Source: Raillietiella orientalis (Eukaryota). Taken from it: DNA of 64,000 bases. Position numbers and translations under genes: made by a program. Below the pieces are notes generated by a model, which was given only the letters and a program-made list of their open reading frames with translations, was not told where the DNA came from and searched no databases. Positions 49,101 through 61,611 of this stretch are shown one piece after another (the stretch's first letter is position 1; each line of letters starts with the position of its first letter). The stretch covers positions 1,302,001 to 1,366,000 of the forward strand of contig JAYWIR010000045.1 in NCBI GenBank assembly GCA_036172245.1, read 5' to 3'.

Positions 49101-52100
49101 TGTCTTGGTGTCAGTTACCTTCTACTGTTGCCCGGGGCACGCGGAAAATCTTCGAATGGGCTCTCCTGCAAGAAAAGGATAAAGGAAGAGGAGGAAATTT
49201 CCAAGGGCTGCGAGAGGGAGAAGGAAGAGGAAGAAAGTGGAGGGAGCCGTTCGGATTAGACAATCGTTCGTGGAGATTCGATGCCAGCAGCGACATTTCA
49301 TCATAACCAAAGAGGACTGGGAATCCTCTTATCCAGTGACCTTTCGCGATATGACATCTGACTTCTGTTCCCATCTCTTATTTGGGAATAGACTGCTTGT
49401 TGAACATCATCATTGCATCCTCATAGAGAATGAAGCTGTTGTATCCAACTCTCTTAGTTTCACTGAGGAATTCGAATCGAAACTCCAAAATGGTAACTCG
49501 ATGAATTAACAACCTAAGTTTTTCCTTATCTAAATTTATAAAACTCATCTGGAACCTTCCGTGCAACTATTCTTTCACTATTTTTCTACTTCATGAAGCA
49601 CGTCGTTCCTATTCATCATGCACGAGCATTTAGTCCTTTCATTCGAAGCGTCGACTCTGACATCTTCATCTAGCAACTGGGTCACCAACTCACTATTTTT
49701 TGCTTTCGAGAAGTAAGGGTGCCCCCCCCCCCCCCCCTATAAGTTTGTTCAGGACCGAAAACTAGAAAAAAATTTTTTTTTTTTTAAAGGAGGAAATGGA
49801 GAAAGCCCTTCAGGGTTCCGTGTTCTTTTCCAAACGAAGGAAGGGACTAGAAATATCTGGAAGAAAGCTGAAAGGCTGACCACCATTCATAAAAACGCTG
49901 GTCCACCGTCAAAATCTCTAGCTGGAATTACATCGCAGAGGCATTCAGTATGAAGCTGCGGCTTTCAAAGATTCGGATCTGACTGCGGATCTTTGAGAGA
50001 GTCATGGCAGTCGTTGTCAAATAGGGTGCTGTATTTTTCTCCTCGGATGCTGCTTACATAAAGAGCCAAAGGCACAAATACCTCTGAACATCAGCAGCAC
50101 ATGGAGTGTCTTTAGGAAAGATTTCCGACTACAGGCATTTCGGTTTCTTTTCCGAGATCTCCTTACCAAGGTGCACCGTGGCTATTCACATCCACCACAC
50201 CACTTGCCGAGATGCAATCACTTGTTGCAAAGAGTGAGATTGGTATGAGGGAACCGCACGTCCGCATTAGCACTCTAACTCCTTTATGTTTCCCTTTGGA
50301 AATTCCTGGAGCAATTCTTTCTCTATTCCTCCTCCGCACTTCGTAGTGTACTTCACGTATCCTTATAAAGCACCTTTGCTAATTCAGACGCTCACTAAGG
50401 AGTCTTTTCGTATCTTCTGGAATTCGGGAATCCCGCTCTGAGGAATTTCATTCCGATGGCTACTTGAGCCGATTTTCAGTTTTCCGAGGTCGCAGAAGAG
50501 GACGCAAATGTTCCGCTCAGTTCTAGGGCTTCGTCTGTCTTGCTACACCGCTGAAGCACTTCCTCGTCTCTTCTCTCTCGATTCTCTCTTCTTCCTTATC
50601 GTTCTTCACGAAACTCGTAAAGGTTCCTCAAATTGCATATCCTAAAGAACGAGTTCGTTCCTTTCCCAAGAATACAAGCACCTTCACTTGGCAGATTTCG
50701 TGGAGCCAAAGGAGTCCTCTAAGATTCCGATTTGATTTTCTCTTGCATCAGTTTCTTGCTTTATTCCATGGGACGACGTAGCCGAAGAAACAATTTCGAG
50801 CAGAGATGACATCTACGAATGATACTGTGTTTGCAGCTCGGGGTTTCTCGTCCAACATCTTGCAAAGCAGAAAGGGAAAGAAGGAAAGAACGTGGGCAAC
50901 CTAGCTCCTCCTTCTCATGCAGAGGTGGTTGGACGATCTTTTTTAACAAACGTACGTAAAGGGCACCTGAAAACACCTATGCGTGCTTGGGAAATCACAA
51001 CAGCGGCACACTACAGCTGAAGGAAAACGAAAAAAAAAGAAAAAGGTTTACCCATCTCTAGATACTCGTCAAAAAGAGCCATTCTTCCGATGTCTTTTAG
51101 TTTGTAATCTTCTTCCCACCTGCTCTGCACATCACGTGCTTTCGACTGATCCTTGAAGTGTCTAGAACGCCAGCATTTCACTATGCGTCTGAAAGGAGAG
51201 CAAAGAAAGCCCTGGTGGTGACCTCCACGCATTTTCAAGCATATAACTAACGGGTAGACTGTCTCCGTGACGTTGTTGACTGCCTGCTTCCCGATCATGA
51301 AGACCATCAGTTGGATGGAGAGTTCGTACAAACACCCTTCGATTCCGCATGTGTCGTTAGCGAAGCTCTTGCGAGCGTTCTCGTCTCCAGGGTGGTTTAT
51401 GAAATTTCCCTGAGAAACAAGCAAATTAGGCTCAGAGTCGCACCGAGAGCGCACCACTCATGATGCTCTTATCACTTATAAGCACGCAGCGCACCCACGC
51501 ACGGATTCGCTTTCGGTGTCGTTTCTTTTTTGTTTTGTTTTTTTTTTTTATCTTTAGGCTGCACCAATCACCATCAGCAGCAAACGAAGCCATGTAGTAG
51601 TCCTCAGGAGTTCGGGGGAACAAAGGACCTCAAGCTAGCAGTCACCGAGAATCATCCATAACAGAGATGTTCGTGTTTTATTGGTCGTCGCCTCGGTCTC
51701 CACTGTCTATTTGCGTGAAGAACAAAAGAATAAAGGAGCCGACATTCTCAAGGAACGATCTCGCTCAGCAGACAAGAAGACCCTCTCGAACTCTATGCTG
51801 CAGTCAAGGGAAAAACCTCGTTTATCTCAGCATTGGACAGAAGGTCCACGTTGCAAAGAAGAGAGAGGGCATACCTTCGATAGCTACCGCATTCTTCTGT
51901 ATCAAGGAAGAGCATCGACGAGATCCTCTAAACAAAATGGATCCGCAATAATTTCCCAAGGAGCGCCCCCGTGGAATTGGGACCCCATTCTCTGGGACCC
52001 CAAGAGACAAAACCTTCCACATCTGATCTGTTCATGCAGCTTCTACTGATCAAAGAATGATGCAGCCACGCCCCCTTGCGATCGACATTCCCGAAACGCG

Positions 52101-55100
52101 CGCTTCTAAATATTGGATTTGCTGAAGGGCACACAGCAGGCAAATGACTCTCTGGAGAAACACACAGATGTGTACAAACAGGTTTGGTACTGATTGTACA
52201 TTTCGCTGCTTATTGGCTTTTCAGAGACACCATCCAGCGAATCCGAAAACTCACCGCCGCCACCGCAGTGTTGTCGAGGCGAGCAAACGCCTTCTTCCCC
52301 ATCTGCTGCTCCGCCAGCCACACCCTGCAGTTAGTTCACTCAGCGGCGATCGCGTTCGCGATGATGGACTGCCGATGCATGCCACCAAGTAATTCCTCAG
52401 GTTCGAGTAGAAAAAAAGGAAAAAAAAAAAAACGCGCGAATTTAGTACTTCCGCTTCTTCTTTTTTTGTTTTCCAGTTTCCGAATCGATGAATTTCATTT
52501 GTGCTATTGATTTATGGATCCATCCGCTAATTATGGGTTACCAGCGGGACTGCCTAGAGGTGCTTAGGTGAGGATCCAATCCCGTCGGGTCTGCCACTGC
52601 TTCCTCTTATACCAACGAGTCATCGCCGGCAAAAGAGAAACTGATTCGGGCAAACCCCCCGTTGCATCCAGCCAAATTTCGATTTGCATTTCAAGTGGTG
52701 ACGTACCCACCTGTCAAAGCAGAGGAAACTTTATTCTGTCGCAAGATGAAGGCCATAGGTCTGACCAGTTCAGCTCGTTTTCCAGAATAACTCTGCATTT
52801 ACCAAGTGCATGATGACATGAAAATAAATTATGGCCTTCAAATTCACTCGTCTGCTCCTGAAGAGAATGTGCTCTCTACCCCTTAGCAACTGCTAAATAT
52901 ATGCTGATGTTCACAAACCAAAGATGCACAAATAGATGATCAACTGCACGTGTGCATAGGATTTCGCCTGGAGAGTGTGAATCAACTTTCGTAGTTCTTC
53001 GATGGAAACTGCACTCTCGTTCCAGAGACGAGGCTAGATTTAGATTCGCTTTCATAGAGATGCGCTCTGCAGAAACCAGCGAAACGATCTCCCATGTAAC
53101 GGTTGCAGTTCCTTCCCCAGCATCCTTCCTTCTCAAGCTAAAGTGCACTGGAAGCTTCAGATATTTCAGTTGTCCCTTGACTAATCTCCGGCTGACCTCC
53201 GCGTGGTTTGCATATTCATGTAGATCTGCAGCGCAGCCAAATTTTTGCCGGCACGACAACTGCCTCTACGCCTGGATCCAAGTTTCCCACTTTCAAACTA
53301 TGGGCTGAAAATTCTGGACTGTATGTCCATCACTGCGCACTCGTTCGACCTAGTGTGGCTCTTTGGTCATGGACCAGATTTCATCCCTCCTCAAGAACTG
53401 CATCCATCGGTGTCTGTACTTGCCAAAAAGTTCTGGATATTTGTTCCTGTCTATTGATGCACACGCTTAGCTGTATTTAACCTCCGATTCACTGTGCCGT
53501 TTATTTAATCCAATCGATCACATGGTCGGTAGGACTGGGCCGTTGAGACTTCTGCCTGAAAGGGCACTTCCGCCACAAGGCAACCACATGGGCTATTCCG
53601 AAGCGACGCAACCCGTACAAAACAGCTGTTTGTATAAACGAGTAGTGTCCTTTTATGATGTCCACGGTAATGATACTCCTAGGCACGCGTAAAAGAACAA
53701 TCGCAATCAAAGAACACTCCCATTCCCCACGTCGTTATATGCTTCTAATTATCGATCCAGAGGACAGATAACGTGCCCGAAACAAATGACTGGAGGGCCA
53801 AATGAGATGGGCTTTTGCTAACAAAAGTGAAACGTTAAGTGCTTTGAATATTTCATGCAAGGCGCTTGTGATGGGCACTGTGCAGCCTATCGGAGCAGAG
53901 AAATCTGACGTAGGGAAAAAAATCGAAGGTTCAATTTTGAGTAACGAAGTGCTTGAAACATTAATTCGGCAATCGGGTTTCGGGAATACCTTTGTTCCCG
54001 GAGCCCGGTGTTGACCAACGACTCGCTTCGGTTCACCTGACAAGCGACGTGAAAAACACGGGATGCGGCACGCTTTTAAATAATCCATGTGAATCCTGGG
54101 ATAATCGAAGACTCGAAAAATCGTGCGTGGGTTGCACTTCACTGCCGGATTCTCAGTTAGGAATGGATGAAAATGAGAACACCAACAGCAACAACGGCAA
54201 TAAAAAAAATAAATGAAATGAGATGAAATGAAATGGAGATCGTCTCCGCGTTAGTCTGTGTCACCTTGGAGCCATGCGCACCTCACCGAAAAGCTAGAAT
54301 TCATCGAATCAACCATAGGGTAGCTCAGACACACGGAAGCACCCTCAGGGTTTCGCACGATGAAAAAATGAACTGCAAACTTGCGACGCAGCGTTCCACA
54401 AATCTTCGCAGATTTCTTCTTCCGATGCCCCTACCTCCCTTCAGTTTCCATTCGCTCCGCAACGAAGAGAAGAGCGAAGAAGCTCCCAAAAAATTTTCAG
54501 CGACTTCGGTGGGTGATCTGCCTCCTGCGTTGCGATAAAAGTCGAGGGTCAGATATAGGTGTGCTCATGACTTGTTGCAACAAGAAGGAAGAGCATCTGG
54601 TATTTTGCTCCATCCAAAACGTTCCATCTCGACAAGAAGACAGCAACGAAGACAAGCAGGGGAGCAAGGAATTACAAACCACGTTCGTAGCCAACGTCTC
54701 TCCTTTATTTACTGGGTGGCGCTCTCGCGTCAAACTGGCTTTATTTTGAGTCTGATGCTCACTGCCTCCTCACCATTGCTCACCTTCTTCAAGCGACAAA
54801 TCCCATGCGGACATCTTCATCTCTCTTGCCTACAAACGCAGCAAAAGCTGCTTCTTAATGCAGCTCCACCGAAATTGATCCGCAGAGACCTAATGCAACT
54901 TGCTAAAGAGCGGATGTGCGGACTCTTCCACCACCCTTCAGGAGGGAAGGGTGGCGAGGGACAGATGCCAAAGATGCTGAAGATCATGATGTTCTTTCAA
55001 AATCAACCCATGACGTCTGAATATTTCTCAGAGCAAGAAAACGTGGAGGAGGACACGTCAGGCGAGTCAAAGTGCGAAACACAGATTGCGTGCATCTTTT

Positions 55101-58100
55101 GTTCGACAGAGAATACAGCGTGTCGAAGCATCCGAACATAATCAAGCGAACATCGGCAAGGATCATGGCGGTTGCAAGCAGCTTCACCTCTCGCGCTTGC
55201 CCGAAACCTCTCTCAACAGCGAGCCCAGACCAGGAATCGGAGAGCACCTCAGCAGCTTTCTAGGCATCCCTCTGCTTGGGTTAGCCGTGCCGCTAAGTGC
55301 TAGGAGGGCGAAGGCTACCACTGGAATGTCAACGCTTGCATCTGCACGGGAAGGCTGTTCCTGGGGGATCGAAACAATGTGCTCCCATCTAACCCACAGT
55401 GGGCTGCCGTGTGATTCCACACCGCCAGCTGCCTGCATGTGTGCGCGTGTGTGTGTGTAGCTGATCCATTCCTTGTGGAACGTTCGGTTCGACCACCTGT
55501 AATAGTCAAGCCACTTGGCTCTCTTTGCTGTCACCGTCAACGCAAGGGTTGCAAGCGCAGTAAATTCCGCAATTCTGCGTTACGCGGAGCAGCTGGTTGC
55601 TTAAAAGCTTTGTCCAAAGTGCTGGGTCGCAACGCCTGGTGCCAACGTCGGGCAGAGTGGGGAAAGCGCAGGTAGCCAAAGACACGGTGAGAAACAGGAG
55701 AATTTGCCGAGCCCTCTGAGGAGGTGAACACTGAGAAAAAGCAGAACATGAGGCTGGCTTTCCTGATGGTCCGAAGGACAGGTGAACTTGATGAGAACTC
55801 CTCGAGGGCATGACGGAAACAAAAGCCACTCTTACCGAACTGACGCTAATCCTGCAGCTTTGAAGAATCATTCGAGTTCCCGGAAATCGACCAGGTGTAG
55901 AAACGATTCATAAGCTAAGCAGCCATCTAGGAGGAGCTAAAGAGGGAGATCTCATCTTCCCTTGAGAGATCCTGGCATAATTTGATAGCCAGTGAAATAA
56001 GGAAGCTCTTTGTAGTAGAGACATAAACACCGTAGTCTCCTCTACAAACTCTATTCTTTGCTTCAATTACCCACTTTGCAGCCTCGACACTGCCTTTCTC
56101 CTTCAAAAATGATACAGTACTCGAGAGCAAGCAGACAGAGAACATTATTTCAGTACGGGTTAATGTAGTTAATTGCGTTTAAACCTGGCTGCCTTCCTAC
56201 GAACGATTTTTCAAAACTTCCGGTTTGGTGCCCCCATTCGGCAAGAGTGGTTTCTCCCGCCATGTGCTGAGCATCCTTCTCTATTTGAGTCAGGCGACGA
56301 TACGCTGGATGGACGCACTAGCGCATTCCATGCAGTGAAAAGTAGCTCTACCAAAGCATCCTAAGAGATGCCGCTGGCACTTTTCACCAGCTGCTGAGGA
56401 AACAGTTTAAACATCGCAGGTTGTTTGGCATGGCTTCTGAGACCTGAGCTCAAATCTGACAGCTGAACTCGTCGCTGTAATCTCAACAGTACTTCGTGAT
56501 CGTTGCCGGAGGAAATAACCAACGGAGCCAACTAAGAGGCATTTGGAACGATTCCTTTCTTCCTCTTGCAGAAACGGAAGAGATGATAACAACGAACTAC
56601 CTGACTTCGTTCCAAAATACAGAGATGAAGAACTGTTGGCTGTTGTTCATATATGGGCTACACTGAATAAAAGGGTTCTTCTAATCTACTCCTTCCTGAC
56701 TATGCATAATAAAGAGGCGAACATGGGAACCAAATATCTCAAGACACGTGTTGTTTCATTTGCTTATTTCCAAGAAGAGCAAGCTCATGATACGAATTCA
56801 AGAGTTCCCTATTGTCAACCCTGCATCTTCTACGATCCATTTGTCCTCTGGAGCAATCGTAACATATTTAGAGTACATTTAGTTGGGTGATCTACTTGTT
56901 GGTTTCGGCATGCCTATGGGGTTTTTCGAAGGCAACACTAATACAACATAACGCACAAGTAGAAGTGACGCTCCTCGCCAAGCGACGGACAGCAAGCGAT
57001 GCTCTTCTGTTGCTCTTTTAAGATGATAGATGGCAAGAAACTAGGCTGAAACACTGACAAGGAAAAAACCACGTGTCCTAGAATTCTTTGTCCACCTGTT
57101 GAGTGACTCAGTCTACGTTCGGGAAGCAAAGTTGATGGCAGAATGTTCTCACGTTCTTGCGATTATATCCTGTCTGTCGGTGTCATGGATGTTTTGGTCA
57201 GTAATCGAAAAAGCCACACAAAGATCGGGGAGTGATGGTTTCGAGGTGGGTCTAATAACCCCGAAGAGAAACTGAGTCGAAAAGTAGTGCTCGGCTGCTA
57301 GTTGCGAGACCACAGAAAGCAGAAATTTAATTGCGAGTCTTGCAAAGGCGATCTGTAGCTGCGATGCAAAGCCAGTTTTTTTCTTTTTGCATGTTCGAAG
57401 GTACAGAAGCCTGAGGAAACGTTGGCTGCAGGAACTCGAGAAAGCAAAGCACAGCATGAGGAACTAACGCGAAGCATGCAGTCATAGATGTGCACACATT
57501 CTCAGGAATGCTGCGAACGAAATGGCGCCGGGAAAGGAGGCACAGGCATCACATGAAATTGGTCATTTGTTTGAAGTTACCAATCTGGCCACTTCTCCGC
57601 GTCTGAAATCATTGGCGGACTAACATACGCGGGCAGCTAGTATATGGCCGCGGGTTCACTTCTTCCTGAGTAACACGCGCGCTCCAAAAGATCTTCAGGC
57701 ATCGTCAACATGCTTTCGGAATCTCAACGAAATGACCACAATTCCATACTGACTTCCACGTGTCTTTTGGAGACTCGGCATGAGAAAGAAGAGCTGGAAA
57801 GGAGAGCACATCTTGGCTTTGTGTATCTCTGGAATGCGGGTGCACTCGATTTCCTTCCTGGTGGTCACGTTGAAAGGCAGTGAGCAAACAAAAGCCCGCA
57901 GAATCCGAGGCTTCGGGCCTAACGGGTTCTCCAGGCGTTTCCTAGGGTGCTGGATCGCCGATGATGACCGGAAAATGTCACAATGGATGCAGGCAGCCCT
58001 CGAGGGGTGTGACTGCTCTTGTCTTGCTGCAAGATGAGCACATGTCGCAACTATCCAGCAGGACCTGCCTTTCAAAAACAGGCACTCTGAGTATCATTCT

Positions 58101-61100
58101 GAACAGCTTGGCGAAGACCAAGATGGTCTAGGAGTACTTCTTGCCGCTCACTTTATAACCAGATAGAGAGAACTTATCGTTTGCCGTTTGTTTTCGTTTC
58201 TCCTGATCGCCATGCATCCTGCGAAGATGCATGAGATTCTTTGAATGCAAGTCCGGACCATGCTGAGGGGCCAGAGGCAGAGAACGGGTTCCAAAATTTG
58301 CAGGTACATCCTTTCGCGGAGGTTCGAAAGATTGGAAGTGGACAGGAAACGAAGAAAAAATAAAGAACGGACGCAACGGAGGAGAGGAATTCCCTTTTCA
58401 TTCATACAGGGGCAAAGTGACGCCACTTCCACGCAATCTGGAAGAACCTGCGGTGAGGGGGTTGGCGTCGGCAATCCCTCGCAGACGGAATTGGAAAGCG
58501 CGAGCGTCCTCTGGTCTCCCGGATCCCTGATCTCGAGTCTCACGGGAGAGGAATGGCTCGAAATACGTGATGCCGTGAGTTCGTCCCATCCTTTTGGTGC
58601 TGGAACCCGAAAATCCTGGTGGGTTTGCGAAATTGCTGCTTGCACGGCACCTCAGTTCTTTTCCAAGCTCGACGAAGCCATTCCTCGGCAAACAAGTCCA
58701 TTCCTCTTCCTCGAAAGTTCTATGAAACATCAGCTGTCTGCTGGAAGCGACGAGATGTGCTGCAGCTACACTTCGAGCTGACTGATCCACCACTGCGTGA
58801 CTGATCTTGAGTCCTTCCTCTCTTCAAGGATCACGCCTCCTCGGTCCGGAAGTCCGAAAGACGGTGGCGGGGCGCGGGCCTCGCAGTACCGGCGACCGCT
58901 GCGCGGGAAAGTCCGAAAAGTTCATCTGACCTCATCATCTAGGTGGCGATTCCCTTCCGCTGGAAGCAGAGGGCCCGTGGTGTCCTGTCGCTCAACTTTG
59001 CAACTGGCTTCTGCAACAGGGACACGTCTGGGCGGCTGCACGCGCGGCCATGGCCAACCGGCTGAAGGGGATGCTGCCAAAGTGCTTTCCCATCTTGCTT
59101 TCGAGATCCACGCCATTTCCAGAGGATTCTTCTCATTCTTCCTGCTTTCTTAAGCTTTCCCATTCGATCCAACTACAGTCCGCAACTGGAACTCTCCCTT
59201 CACTCTGCATAAGAACAGGCGTGATTGGGCACAAGGAAGGTGACAATCTCCTTTCGGGTGGAGCTCGTGAGGCTCTGGCTGTGTTCAAAGAATGAATATT
59301 CGTAACTAGCAACTACGATGAATACATTAAATCATCTCACGATTGACTGCAGTGATCTTGCCAAACAAGATCTTGTCATTGTACCAGGAAATACAGCGCT
59401 TCTATGAAAGGAACCTACAGGGATATCTCCCGACTAGTGGGGAGTGTCTTCTCATCCCAAGTGGGGGTGGCACGGGGCAGGAGTGTCACGACATTCCAGG
59501 CGTGGAGGTGCTGAAGTCGGTAGGAAGGCAAGATGAGCCACTACGTTACGTGAAGAACGCAGCCCGACTCAGCATCCCGTGGACCAGAAATCGCGCAGGA
59601 TAGTTGGGGCCTCGTTCCCAGGGAAAGGGAAGGCTATTCGGCAGATCTTACAGGAGGCACTTCCTGCGTAGAGAAAAGTTCGGAACGCAAAAATCCCCCG
59701 CGGAAGATGTCGCGTCCAAAGCTAACAGTGAAGCACACGGAATCTGTTTTCTAGCTGCAGGAGTCCGGGGAGCAAAATCCCAGGGAACCCAGACTTACGC
59801 GCCGAGCAATAGCCAGAGCCCTTTTTGACGCAGGGTGCGTCTCTCCCTTCAGCCGGAGATGGTGACTCTTTGTAGGTGCCGCACCCGAACGAATATAGTC
59901 CAACCAGAGTCATCTTGCGGAAGGAACTCGAACCCATGACGCACCCCCCATCTCTCGGAGTCAATTATTTCCGGGTAGGATTCGAATCTTTCACGCCTGG
60001 TGCCACGCCTTGTAGAGACTGCAACCACGTGGCCTCCGATGCGGGCAAGAGCAAGGAAACCGGCACAAGCATTCTCCACGGGACGACCGGTTTCTCACGA
60101 CCGGCTGTATGCGGACTCCCCGTGCCGACCGCGCCCCAGTTCATGGGGCTCCACCCATGGCAGATTGCGGTCAAGGACCACTGCTGCCCGGTCCGCACTG
60201 CACGGCAGTCCATCCTCTCGCTCCCCTGGGAACAGCTAACAGCACGCGTTTGCCCGACTGCGAAGGTCATGTGCATCTTGAAGCAAGTAGCCCTGGCTGA
60301 CGCGTTCCCGTGACAACGGATCAGGGTCCCCAAGCTTCCATTCTCTCCCTTCACCCTCTCGTCTCAGCAACTCTTAATGTTCGCAGGTCGGAAGGAGGAC
60401 AGAGATCTCCTGTTGGTTTTGTCGATGGCAGTAGTACGCGGGAGGGACGCAGAGGGTGGAAGAAATCCACCCTCTCTCCGGAGGATGGCAGGACGACACA
60501 TCTCCGTGCGCAGCAGCCGCCTCCATCCTTCCACCTCAAGACAGCCTTCCCCCTCCACCAGAAGCGTGCGCCACCGACACGGTGATTTTGTCAAAAAATG
60601 CCGGGAGACCGGATGAGGGAGACTTGGGTCTGAGGAGAGGAGTCCGACAGCCACTGCGGAAGTGGATCCTCTTCACGAGCGCTTGTCTGAGCCGCGCTTT
60701 CTCCCATTGCCGCAGAAATGCGCCGAAGGTCCGCCTCCATCTCAGCAAAGAGGCGGGTCACGATAGTGGCAATCCACCTTCCAGCGGGTGGAACCGCATG
60801 ACCCTCAAGCGTTGCCGCCGCGACACCTCCCGAACTCCAAGGAAGCAACCCGGAAGTTTCGGCCTTCGTTCGAAGCGACCAGGAAAAGGAGGAGGCGAAA
60901 GAAAGAGAGCGAACCAGACCGCAGGCAGAGGAAAAGTAGCATTCGGAGGTACCTTGAAGAACGCTATGTAAAAGAGGGACGAGTAGTAGTTGACGAACTG
61001 GAACATGAACATCTTGAACGTGTAGCTGTCCTCGAAATCCGTCTTCGTGCGGGGCAGCTCGAAATCCGTCAGCTTCAGGGCGATCCTCTGGTAAATCTGG

Positions 61101-61611
61101 ATATGCGATTCCCTTCGTGAGAGCCAGCAGCAGCTGGGCCACAAATCTGTCCTACCTGGTCCATAATGAGGATGGCGAAGAAGTTGAGCATAGCCGACGT
61201 TATGGAAACGATGTAGCGGGTTTCTTCGTGGTAGACGGAATTGGACAGCACCGACCGCAAGATGAGTCGGTAAGCTATCATGCCGAAGGCAAAGGCTATC
61301 ACCAGGCAGAGCTGAAAAGGGACAGATGCCGTGAACTTTCCTTCCCTTGAACCGCTCTTCGGAGACAGTGCCTTGCCCAGGAATGACACACACCATGAGC
61401 AAGAGGAAGGAAGAGACGGTGAACAGCCTGAAGGCTTTTTTCCAGAAGGATACGTAGGGTTCGCTCTCCATGGTCGCCGGGTTAATGTGCGTGCTCGTCA
61501 CGGCAGCCTCGAACTCCGGCCGCAGCTCCTCCTCTTTCTCGTAATTGCTGATGTTCCATTCGAAGCTCATCGCGATTTGCTTCCTCTTCCAGAGCTCCAG
61601 GAAGATTTTCG
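38906..61611 (-). CDS. Anoctamin/TMEM16 Ca2+-activated chloride channel/scramblase, 3' part (9 exons; 5' exons not found in window)
   Basis: Phase-consistent GT-AG exons: 61611-61394, 61311-61156, 61096-60953, 51409-51252, 51188-51052, 47852-47647, 47573-47468, 39601-39423, 39106-38906 (TAG). Motifs: [126 protein letters not shown]. Ca2+-binding acidic residues are intact; paralog not assignable. Confidence 0.95.
40149..40178. repeat. (GT)15 microsatellite
   Basis: Direct read. Confidence 0.95.
42840..44760 (+). mobile_element. Decayed Ty3/Gypsy pol relic (RT-RNase H-integrase) in an anoctamin intron, antisense to the host gene
   Basis: In order: [18 protein letters not shown] (~WVSPIVVVxKxNG..RLCVDL), [22 protein letters not shown] (~KLxGAxxFSKLDxxxGFxQVxL), [13 protein letters not shown] (~RLPFGLxSAxE), [18 protein letters not shown] (~EVRRFLGMxNQLGKF), [28 protein letters not shown] (~CLLxGxRVVIP..LxELHEGH). 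Confidence 0.65.
45010..46400 (+). mobile_element. Decayed CR1/L2-group LINE reverse transcriptase relic
   Basis: [34 protein letters not shown] (~HGFxxGRSCxTNL..GxxVDVIY..RLLxKLxxxGI), [26 protein letters not shown] (~KDLGVxxDSxLxF), [19 protein letters not shown] (~RATKxxPGLxxLSYEERL..VYK). Confidence 0.55.
48290..48850 (-). mobile_element. Possible decayed Jockey/I-type LINE 3' fragment
   Basis: C/A-rich minus strand; [14 protein letters not shown] (~DxRLxWxxHI) and [14 protein letters not shown] (~KxKLLLYKxxIRP). Confidence 0.3.
57800..60300 (-). mobile_element. Decayed Ty1/Copia pol relic (integrase then RT) in an anoctamin intron
   Basis: In Copia order on the minus strand: [38 protein letters not shown] (~LRVFGCxAYxxIPxxxRxKLDP...GYxxxSKGY), [14 protein letters not shown]...PVGHG...KPVAKLS (~IxxKWVFxxKxxxDG..LVAKG..SPVAKL), [19 protein letters not shown] (~EEEVYMxQPEGFVxxGKE), QHPRKRL..RILRAF (~P..H..KRILRYL). 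Confidence 0.65.

Noticed and set aside
49850..50400. Possible minus-strand LINE remnant
   Set aside because: Only scattered weak motif resemblance (GYVKYTTK.., EISEKKPKC..) with many stops.
54850..55141. Possible Gypsy integrase zinc-finger remnant
   Set aside because: A single weak motif without collinear neighbours.
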